Shown in pieces: positions 11,442-22,758 of a DNA stretch of 64,000 bases. The DNA is from Magallana gigas (Eukaryota). Made by a program: the position numbers and the translations under genes. The stretch lies in assembly GCF_963853765.1 (NCBI RefSeq), contig NC_088857.1, forward strand, positions 38,812,001-38,876,000, in the 5' to 3' direction. The notes under the pieces are model-generated. The model was given only the letters and a program-made list of their open reading frames with translations, did no database searches and was not told where the DNA came from. Numbering within the stretch: the first letter of the stretch is position 1; each line of letters opens with the position of its first letter.

Positions 11442-14400
11442 TCAAGTCGAAATGTAGTCCATATTACAGACCACACCATTGCCTATATTGTCATCATTTG
11501 AGTTTGTTCTCTCCATTGCAATGTAGTCCTGGTTGTTGTGTGCCTCAACATGTACCTCGTTATTATTTTGATTATTTTCTTCTGTCGAAATACGAATTTT
11601 TCCATCGATTGAATCTATTCCTTCTGTTGAAATGTAGTCTAAATTATTGTCGACCTCACAAAATCTTTTGCTTGAATGTGTTCTCTCCGATTCAGTTGCA
11701 TACTCTGAAAACTGGTTCAGATCGTTTGCCGTGCAATAACTTGAGATGCTTTTTGTACTCAATCTTGCCCTTAGACTAAGCCCATCGTGGCAACAAGACG
11801 AATTATCTGACGCTGTTTCATGTGATATATTTTGGTTTAAGAACAATCTGGGAACAGCGCTTGTTGGTGTCAGTTCATTCGGTGACAAGTAACCCGGATC
11901 CGTTCCTGGATTTGAGCTATATTCAACTCCATCTGTATGTTGTTTGTCATCGATGACCATCGTATTAATGTTGGAGATGAGACTGAGTGGAGAGTTTGTA
12001 TTTTCAATATTAACGTTACCGTCGTAACCGTCCCTGTTTTGATCTGTGGAGGAGGTACTAGGTTGGTCTACAACAACACTGCAAACGTAGGAATCAATCT
12101 CCTGATGGGACACACTCGAAACTTCTGTACCGTCTGTGTGCTCATGGTCTTCTGAATTGATCGTCTGCATTGAGATCTGGTAAAAATTAGTTAAAATCAG
12201 AATTAGTCAAATAATTATAATGTCAGTAATTATATTATCATTACACCTTTTAGATATATAATAGATACTTACATTGTTGTTAACTACATATTGACACTTT
12301 TCTTTGATACATTTTCTCCTGTAAATGTATTAAATATAGTTCAATAAAATATATTTAAATGTACTATTACAAAGTGCCGGTGGTTTCCATTATGCGTGCG
12401 GGAAAAGAATTTATTTAAAGAAATCATGCATTTGAATTTGAAAATATAGGAAGAATTAATTCTTTATTTAGAAAATGACTGAGCAGATGTTTCAAGACTA
12501 TGATAACATTGACAGAAGAGATGTTTTAAAAAACGATCTTGTGTCCAAACCTTGAACATCCAAACATTAGGATAAACAGGATGACGATGCAAAAGGCACA
12601 GACAGCAGAAACAACAACAACAATAACACTTATATCTCCTGTGGTGGAAATATCATTAGAGTTGCTTTTTTCTACAAAAATAGATTTTTTGTTAGACATC
12701 AAGAGTTATTTTCAAGAGAATTATGTTGACAAAAATAGGATAACGGCAAAGATATATGAAGAGATTCAGACAAGTTGCACAAAACGAATCCTTAGAGTTG
12801 CATTGAAAAATGCAACGTGACATTTCCCCGTATTTGATGAAACATTGCTCAATGGAATTTTGAAAGAGCATAACGTTGTCGTAGATTTTTTCAAAAATAC
12901 TAATTTTAAAAGCTAGAATAAAAAGAGTTGTTAAGTCTTAAACAGGGTAGTTCATGTACAAGACCTAGTTGTGTTATGATTTAGGACAATGCAAATAGAA
13001 CAAAATCGAACACAATTTAGATAAAACAACCACAAGTATCAATCAAAATAGCGATGTCTTTCCAATTTTCTGTAATAGAGTTGCAAATTCAGTTTATACA
13101 TAACTATAGGTCGCCTCATTGCTATAATTCATGATTTGATGAATTCAGCTCCTAAATGTAAGTCAAAGCTTTGATAACAATTCTTTTGAAAAGACTTAAA
13201 GATATACATGTAGTTTTCTTATTACCATGTACAAAATTGGTATATATTAATTTACATGTCTTTCCCATTAAGGTGGAATAACACAACTGGAAAAAGCCAC
13301 TCAAATTAGCAAGAATTTTTTGATAATGAAAGATATAATGATAAATAAACTGTAAAAATGTCAAATAAGCAAAACATTTGCAGTTTGGGGATAAAAAATG
13401 AATATCTATAATAATTAATCCAGTAAAAAACAACAAAAGCCCCTGTGGGATTCGAACTCGGGATGTACGGATCACAAGTCCAACACTTTTTTTTTATCTT
13501 TTACAAGTCCGACACTTTATCCACTCGGCAATGGAGTAAGTTTTATGTTTCAGTCTATAAAATCCTTTTAATAAAACGAAATGTCGTTTCGATCAGCGGT
13601 CAGCCTTTTTGTGGTGATGTGTTATTTCACCTTAAGACTTTCTTTAAAATCAGGGAAATGAACATAAGAAAATAATAACAGTAGTACCTAAACACGTGTT
13701 CCAGTCTATGCCAGTGGTTTGGCCATTGGACCTGAACCCTAATCCTACATGCAAGCTGCCATTGTGGCTTCCACTGTTGATAGGTACTATAGCAGTTGAT
13801 TTGTTGAGAACTTCGTTGGACCACTGAATGAAATTCTAATAAAAAAAAATACATGTATTAATCGACAACTGTAAACAATGATTGTTTTTTTTTTTAATTT
13901 TTTACCTTTTATCTCTGTAAATCATGCAAAAGGGTGATCAAAGAACAAAGATTTAATTACTTCTGATAAACAAGAACTAAGTCAAAATATACCTCACACT
14001 CCACATGCGAGTCCCGTTTATATCCAACACACCAGAAAAGTGTAACCTCACAACTGTTACTTCCACCTGTGCTCTCTGACACGGGGTAGCCCTGTTCTGT
14101 TAATTTCAGGTTCACGTGGCTTCCATTCCCTTTAACCACTGAACAAACTATGCGATTGAAGCACCCTGTATTAAGAGGGTTAATTACTGCATTATAAACA
14201 TTGCCCTTTCTTTGCAATTTGTAAAAGTAACATGAAAAAGTCGTGATTTAATTAAAAAGAAACGGACACTTTTTATTAGCAGTCTTTTTATATGTAAGTC
14301 ATACCACAAGCATGGTCCATTGCTCGAAAGGACGTTGTCTGCGTTGTCATTCCATTGGTGGTCACTCCATAGACATTTATGTGGAATTGCTGACAGTTTC

Positions 14401-17400
14401 TAGTCTTATTTAAACGGATTGTAGCGATTGGCGAATAAGGAACTTCAAGCTCGAAAGATGTTTTCCTGTCTGATACATGTATCTTATACATCTTGATGAC
14501 ATTGCCGAGATCCTATAAAACATCACAAATGTTTTCATTTGACAATTAAAAAAAAACCATGTTGATGCCTTATTCAAACTGGCATGGTATTTCACAAAAT
14601 ATTTATCCATATTTTACCTTCCAGTACAAAATCAAACAGTAGAATCGCTCTTGACACGTGTACATTACGTAACCTTCTAGATCTGGACCAGCAAGCAGAC
14701 CACCAAGAGGAACTTTAATAACAAAGAACAGACACCCTTAACTACATGACATTGTAATATGTAATTATAAAGTAACTCATTACGTATGTCATTCTTTAAC
14801 AGTAATTAAGTTACCTTCAAAAGGCGTGGTAAGTGTTACAAGCTGTTCATCGCTCCAAACTTCTGACCCAATCACTGTACACTTTACAGCGATGGTATAG
14901 TCAGTCACTTGTTGTAGGTGATTTAGTTCCACCGTGTATAAAGTATCGTTGTTACAACTCTATTTTACAAAAAAATCTGTTTTAATAGTCTTCTGAAAAC
15001 ATGCGACCAAAGGACGTAAACAAAATAAATATCGGAAAGCAATGAAATAAGAATGGTCTGATAAGACTGTTTCATGTATAAGAAAACGGAGCACTTTTGA
15101 ATTTTTTCTCTCATGGTTACAAAATGTGGATAATTTTTTTAAAATCATAGACAGTTCTTATATCACATAAGAATCGTTAAAAACATATTCACCAAATAGT
15201 AGACTAAGTATTCACCTGGAACCACAATAAAGACAAAAATCCATTAAAGTTGTAAGAGTTCTAGTACATGTGAAATAATTGGTTGAATACCAGACTGAAA
15301 CTTACCCGCGTGATTATGACAGGAGAGCTCTGATTGGTTGTTACCTCACACTGTTTCATGCAATCACAGTTTCCGCTTACAGTTCCCAGAACTTCCCAAG
15401 CAAGGACCGGTCTTTTGCTCGAACTGTTTAGTCTTTGTACATTGGTTACGCGTAATTTTACTACAAAAACACACCAAAGAGAAATAGCACTGCTTGTTTT
15501 TAAAATAAATGTCAAATTAAATTATGTACATGTTTTTATTTTCAAAAACGAGTTTTCATTTACTCTGGACAAATCAAATAAAAATATACACTGTAGATCT
15601 CTAGTGTCTCAATAAATGTTAAAGTCATTCTAAAAAACATGAAATATTCAAAAGTATATTTACACGTATTGCATGATTAACTTATTCTTAATAACTGGCC
15701 ATTCATTTAACATGGCGAATAGTTAAATTCTAAGTATAAAGGACTATATATGATAAGGGCCTAAAATGGCCCCCTAAAATGAACATCATCATTTTACTAT
15801 CATTCTTTGTTTTCTTAGTACAGATATGTATGTGATGTGTTTACATAATATTCATTTTGGTTCAAGTGCCCACAATTTAGAAATATGACATTGTAAAGAC
15901 AACCTTTTCCCGCCATTTTTGCATTTTTAGCGTAAAACAGCTTGTTTTCAAACAGTTTTTCCTTCCGAAAACATAGAGCGCATTCTTGAACAAATAAAAT
16001 ATTTTAATAAGAGATGTATCTAGCCAAGACTAATAAGTGACAAAAAAATTTTCCTTGTTCATGCATGCGCTCTATGTTTCCCATTCGTAAATAGATAAGA
16101 AAAATGTCAATTTTTGGCTGATTTTGATTGAATTATAGAAATGGCGTCACTTCTGACGTCATATACTGACAGTGAGTGCACATAAATCAAATAAATAGAT
16201 GAAAAATATATTTTATATCAACTCTTCTAAAAAATTAGTTAACATTTTATTGTACCCGAAACACTTAAAAAATGACGAATTATGGGGGCCAAATTTAACT
16301 CTTATCATATATAGTTCTTTTTAAACAAACGTAACATAATCATTAATATACCATTCAAAGAGAGAATTGTACCTGATGAGCAATCAATGGTTTTATGAAT
16401 AATTCTGCTAGAAACTGAAGTTAACTTCCTTCCAGTTATTTTGAAATCTATCTGTTTTTGATCAAGGTTTGATCTTGGACATACTGCTTTCAACTTAACG
16501 TCAGAGCTATGCCTTGCTTGTACACAATTGGCTATAGGTGACAGTTCGGTACATGGGGTTGACACATTGCATGTGTGGTCAATAACGTAATAGCCGAGAT
16601 CTGAATTGACGCTGAAGAACAAAAAACAGAGAGAGAGAAACGTTAATCATATTATTTCTGGGGCATACAATTAGGGTACACCTTTAATTATATTTCAGCT
16701 GCTGAAATATCATAGGTTTACTCACATTGAAAAATCCCAACAGGTCGAATTTCTTCCGGTCCACTCGCAAATCAACGACTGATACAATTGATCATGATAA
16801 CATTGTACATCGTCCGGCAACACTACTTTTTCTGGTGAAGATAAAACAAGGAATAATTTTTTGTCAATTGTGTTTCTACAGTTTTGGATTTTTGTCATTT
16901 AAATTGACAATATATTATATTTTAAGTTTAGATATTGCACCATGGCAACGAAAGAAACATAAAGTTCCCAAATACATTTTGCAGTACACACCAATCTTAG
17001 GATAAATCTTTCAGGTGTGTTTTTTAAGGGGAGACAGTGTACGCATGTTGAAACTTTTTCCAGCGTTTGTTACTTTATGAGCAAACAATGAACAGATTTA
17101 TTTTGGATATAATCAGTAAATAAAAAAGATATGTTTTAATATTTACTGCTTACATAAGTTTTACTAAATAATACTACTAGTAGTTAAAAAATAATTACCT
17201 TCTATGTAAGTTATTTGCCTGTGATCTTTACCATCTTTTGCACAAAAATAAGTTCCAATGTTGTCTGGTATTTTGATGTCTTGAACTCGAGTTTCTATTG
17301 TATTCGAGTTTAGTTTTGTAGTATTGAGTTTATGAGCTTCACCCGGTTTGTCACGTGATTTGAACAGAAATTCAGCACCACTCGTATCGTTTCCACTAAA

Positions 17401-17652
17401 TATGCAACGGAGTACCAAGTTATCGTGTTCTTGGTAGCAAATGGTGGATGGATAAATCTCAATGTCTATAAAGAAAAAATTCAATTGGATTTTATGTATC
17501 GATGGTTCAAATAACAACTATCATGACTTTTGTTTACCATCGTATCAAAGTAAACTTAAAGATGATTTAATGAAACTATGCTCACCTAAGGAATGGAGAC
17601 TTGAGAGCGCCCCTATGGCAAGAAGAACAAACACACCTTGCATGATTTTCAT
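11442..17652 (-). CDS. Class I cytokine receptor-like protein (gp130/Domeless type): signal peptide, Ig-like domain, cytokine-binding module, 2 further FN3 domains, TM, Tyr-containing tail; about 820-830 aa, 13 coding exons
   Basis: GT-AG exons with consistent phases: 17652-17586 (MKIMQGVFVLLAIGALSSLHSLG), 17465-17199 (Ig: LVLRC...GTYFC), 16831-16726 (DVQCYHDQLYQSLICEW = C-x10-CxW), 16611-16373 (alt end 16352), 15460-15306, 14959-14815 (YTIAVKC...VWSDE), 14712-14618 (LILYWK), 14512-14305, 14186 (alt 14165)-13993 (VTLFWC), 13823-13688 (GIDWNTCL), 12638-12551 (TM ISVIVVVVSAVCAFCIVILFILMFGC), 12318-12273 (RKCIKEKC), 12176-11442 (cytoplasmic tail, ORF 11442-12170). Confidence 0.85.
13440..13535 (-). 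repeat. tRNA-derived (SINE-like) fragment in a receptor intron
   Basis: Minus strand has CGAGTTCGAATCCC (B-box/T-loop like) at ~13447-13460; no complete cloverleaf can be built. Confidence 0.35.
15740..16318. mobile_element. Non-autonomous TIR DNA transposon (probably TTAA-target, Kolobok-like) in intron 4 of the receptor
   Basis: Imperfect ~36-bp TIRs: AGGACTATATATGATAAGGGCCTAAAATGGCCCCC ... GGGGGCCAAATTTAACTCTTATCATATATAGTTCT; flanks resemble decayed TTAA. Confidence 0.7.
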
Positions 17653-18890
17653 GTTTATCATGCCTTTTACCGCTGCAAAATAACACAACGTTTTGTAAGC
17701 AATGGAAGAGAAGCGAACACTTATTTGATTTTTTATTGACAACTAAAATATGCTACTATCTACAAACAAGATTGATAACGATAGCCCTTGAAAAGACAGA
17801 AAACAATTATACTATGATGATGTTCTTTTTTTTTTACTTTTCGCCATTTACTTTAATAAAAGGCATTTGATTTTTATGATAACAAGAAAAAAAAAATAAC
17901 AAGAGCGATCGCCTTAACTATTAACTAAGAACATAAAAAGGTATACAAAGGTGCATTTATCACAAGCAAATATGTCGCCAAAAAATGGAGCATATACATT
18001 TTATTTGTAATTGCTATATCACTGTGAATCGTTATGTAAATCAGCGAATTTCATCACTTTTGGCCATTATGAAAATTCAATGGCGTTAGAAGTAGCTTCT
18101 TCCTGCAATGAATTCGGGCAAAGGGCTTCCAAACCAACTGTGATAAAAGCTCCTGAACTTTGACATCATTTTAGTGCAAACATCTTCACGTGTTTAAACA
18201 TACATCAAACGACTGTTAATCAAACAAACAAAAAGAGGGTGAAGGGGGTGGTTATAATCTAAACATAAGTACATAATGAATGTTTTTCAATGTAAAAATT
18301 AAGTGTAATTACCAGTTTAATCCGTTCGTTTTGTGTGCCTCTTGTTTCCCTTTATCTGTATTTGTTTATTTTAGATATCTTCCCAACACAGATTGCGTGT
18401 TGCTACAAGTGCGCCCTATATCTAGTATTCTAATGCTGTATAACAGCGGTGTAAACATCACTTTTTTGGATAAATATCTAAATGTACATTTGTAATTTGT
18501 AACATTTTGTTGGTTTTGGTTATCAATTATTTTGTTTTATCATCCGTTTGTCTACCCATATCTCTTCGTTTCATTTTTTTTCTTTGCAGCATGCACTTCT
18601 ATTAAAATTATCTTAAATGTGTTTGGCAACGATTTGCTTCAATTTTTTACTTTTCTAATTTTGATATCTACAACAATTACCCTAGGTATTTCAAACAGTC
18701 AGTCTTAATGCCAGTGCAGTTGTCAAACTTGTAAACGACAAATAGAGCTGGCAATTACGTATTTGTTATGTAAACAAGGCTTGTGCCATGTTTTTCTATT
18801 GTCATCTAGGTAAGTGGATAGAAAAATCGTTATTCTAAAACAAAATAAGGGGTTAAAAATTAGAAGCTCATACATTTTGTTAATACTTAA

Positions 18891-19366
18891 AGGGGCATGG
18901 TCACGATTTTGGTCAACAATTATTTTAATGTTTATTATGCTTCAGTAAGGAATTTTTAATAGGCAACCAAAATTTGAGTGTCATTTTATAAGCAACTTAC
19001 AGAGCTTACAATTCCTCGCTATGTAAACAAAGCTTTTGTTTAAATTTTGAATGTTGAAGTGAAAATTCCAGTTTTAGACCTAAAATGAGTGTGTTAATCA
19101 TTAGGAACTGTTTATTTATGCTTAAAATGAATAACAATATAGACAAATCATCTTGAAAAAGATTTTTTACTGGTATATTGAACCTATGTAAACAAAAAAG
19201 GGCACGAGCCTTGTTTACATGACGAAGAATTGTGAGCCCTGTATCTTGCTTAAAACTCATCGACGGGCACCCAAATTTCATTTGATCATTAGAAATGCAT
19301 TCATAAAGCATTGTACATAATAAAAACAGAAAAATAAAATTTGACCAAAATCGTGACCATGCCCCT
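18891..19366. mobile_element. Intact 476-bp non-autonomous TTAA-target DNA transposon (Kolobok-like)
   Basis: Perfect 26-bp TIR AGGGGCATGGTCACGATTTTGGTCAA / TTGACCAAAATCGTGACCATGCCCCT; TTAA on both sides (18887-18890, 19367-19370). Purine-start termini fit Kolobok better than piggyBac (CCY termini). Confidence 0.85.
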
Positions 19367-21984
19367 TTAATTCACGATAGAAAAAAAAATAACGCAAAGC
19401 AAAGCTTTAATCAGCATAAACAGTCGATAGATGTAAAGAAAAGCATGACACTAGTTTAGTTTACATACCTAAGAAATGTGAGCTCTGTAATTCGCTTATA
19501 ACTTTAAAACTGTATTGAAATTTTGGCTGACTATAACAAATACCTTAATCAAGCATTGTAAACATTTAGAATTGAAAAGTACAATTTGAAGGAAAAATCA
19601 CTATTGTGCCACTTTAACCTCCTGCCACCTCTCGAAGTCTTCGGGGTTACTACCTTTTCCGTTACATTAAGAGCTCAATAAAAAACAGAAAATCTTTGAT
19701 AATAAAAATGTCTGTTGGCATGGCATTTGCTCTGTTGGCAAGTTCAAAGCATTATTGCATCATCTTAAATGTGTCATCAGTTCACACCACCACAGTCACT
19801 GGAATAATTTGTTATCACTTTAATCTTTTTTATATATGATATAATTTTGAAGGGGGCAAATTTTGTGTGGGTTGGGGTTATGACAGAAACGACGCACTAA
19901 CCATTTTTATCGTGCATGTACATGTGCGCCTCATATTTTAAAACAGTTAAAGCATGGTTGTTTGGTATATAGAGTTAGAGTGCAATGGGTTCACAAGCAT
20001 ATCATTATGTGATTATAATTTCTGGCCTTCAGTTATCAATGTTCTTTCAAAACGTCTGTTTAATGTCAGATTATCTATCCAATATTGTTTACATAAATTG
20101 AACAATAATCTAGAAAATCAATAATCTAAAAACAATAGTATAGATTTCAATTACCTGACAAATACTAACGCGTAACATAGGACAAGACTATCAGATTTGC
20201 TTTTTATTAACCATTTATTGAGTGAAAAAAGAAATATCTGAAAGACGATCATGTCATCACAATTATATATAGTCAATCTTGTATTTTTTTTCTATTTAAA
20301 AACATCATTTTGATCGAGGCACCTTTTCATGAATACAGAATACAACTATAAGATTTACTTATTCCAATGTTCACAAGTATCGGTTACCAAATTAATGGCC
20401 ATTTAAAAGGTGAAAATATAATATTAAATTCATCTTTTTGTCCTAGAGTTATATAACGCAATGGAAAACAAATTGAATATCATAATTAGTATTGTATACA
20501 AAGCAATTAGTGTTTCGACAGAAAGGAACAAAAACATATATGACTAAAATCACAAAATATGTTTTACAAAATATAAGTGCAGAATTTTGACATTATATTC
20601 CAATGATCAACTTCTCAATTGTACCAGGAATTTACCTAAATTATTAAATTTTTATTTATTATTTCCACTAAGTGCCTCACTATCTATAACCCATAGGTTT
20701 ATTGCATGATATTAACAATTATTATATCTCATAATTCGTCGTAAAATTGTCATTTCAAAAAAAGATGAACTCGTCCCCTATATTATTTTGAGAACCCAAA
20801 ACAAAGACCACAGACTTTTCAATACAGTATTAATTGTGCTTTTTTTTAGGCTTCAACGTGTGAAGAAGTTCTAAATTTTTAATATATATTCCCTATTATT
20901 ATTAATAAGTGTATTGAGATAAGATTGAATACATAAATGTCTATTAAATGTTGATATATAACACTTTATGGAACTTGAAAAGGAAGACATTAGACATCTC
21001 TTGTAATTTTCAAATTGATTAGTACTCAGAATATCAAATCATTTTAAGTTAATTTGTTTATACTTACTATTTTTTTTACGAAAAATAAAGTGTGACTTTT
21101 CATTACTTGGTGCTTTAAGAAAACCCATTATTTTCACAAGTTAAGAGCATATAATTTATGTACATATGTGTCAAATATAAAATAGTGGAAATCCATTCTT
21201 CTATATTTGATTCATATGTACATATTCTTCTTTCTTACACTTGTGAAAATAAAAAGTGTTCATAAAGTACCAACTAATAAAAATACGCACTTTATTTTTT
21301 TGTAAAAAAAAATGTTTATTTTTTTTTCTTTAAAGTGAGCATTGGATATTTCAAAAGGTACTTTATGACATTGTTCTGCAACGTGTTTTTGTTTTTAAAA
21401 AAAATAGAATTCATTAAATTTAAATAACATACCAAGCTGCTTTAATGCATTTGCATTGTACATATGTTGCTTATTCAGTAACCCTTATATATACTGTAAT
21501 TATCCTGCATTGTTAATGAATGGGTTATCTTTCATGATGCAAACTGAATACAACTGTACGTTTCCAGCTGTGAACAGATTTTGCACACTACAGAATCGCT
21601 TCCAGTTCTACTTTGGAATATTGGCTAGGAATTGGTCCGTTGTACGAAGTAGATGAGCGTTTTGCATTTACATAATATCTAGATCTTTTAAGGTTAACGA
21701 GGAGAAAATTCCATACATTTATTTCAATGTCACTGACATTATTTAAAAAAAAGGTGGTAAACGGCTGTTTTCTCTTTTATAGCAAAATCTCATTTCGGGG
21801 CAATATTTCATTTATCAGAGTATCGATACTTCTTCCTTTTTCCCCATAAAGTTTCAAATTACAGTCAGTCATTACTATGATGCACCTTAAAAACGAAACA
21901 TAACAGTCAATAAAATCTAAGAATGTTCAATTCCTTTATCAAATTAAAGCGAACGTTTTAAGAACGTTCTAACAACGCATCGCC

Positions 21985-22003
21985 AGAGAGAGAGAGAGAG
22001 AGA

Positions 22004-22035
<32 letters not shown>
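21985..22035. repeat. (AG)n microsatellite
   Basis: Directly visible; one interruption. Confidence 0.95.
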
Positions 22036-22758
22036 TGCTGCTACATGTACAATGGTGTTATACTTCTCTTTGAAAGTTCAAAAATTAGTTAATTAATGAT
22101 AAGCATCCCTTTATATTCTTTTCAAATTTTGATTATTACTAAGTATATACACTTCAAAGGATCTACTGTAAAAATAGATAAAATATTAACGCCAACATTA
22201 TCAGTGAATATATTAACCTTAGCGTAGGCAAAATTTTATTACAACCTTCTAAAAGCTATAAATTATTGATAATCATTTATTGTATTTGTATGTATAGCTG
22301 TCTTTACACAATGGAAGGATAATATTAAAGTCTGAGTCGTATGGTGTGAAAGCGTTTAGACTTATAATAAATAGATACATTTTCTGGAATATAAAGAATT
22401 ATGGAATGAAATTTTTATATACTGTAGACTTTTATAAATGCTAATATATAAGGATGTACAAAATACCTTCAATGCTAGGCACACTTATGGTTAAGAAATA
22501 TGTTTTAAAATCGAGAGGTTACTGACTTTAACATTTTGTAAATGAACAATACAATATATAAATTGAAAAAAGCTATTCATTTAAAATATTTGTTTATAAA
22601 AAAGTCACATGATTTAACCGGTATACAAAACAAAATTAACATATACAAGTCACAATATAAGCAATGAATATATATATTTACAAGAAATTGTTAATAAAAT
22701 ATACGGCGTCTAATGACATATATGACTGTCATATCTTACAAGGAACATTTCACTAATT

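Noticed and set aside
12539-12820. 93-aa plus-strand ORF
   Set aside because: Antisense to the receptor TM exon and intron; no independent coding signal.
13440-13535. Possible tRNA gene
   Set aside because: Only a T-loop/B-box-like segment is present; no acceptor stem or anticodon arm could be built.
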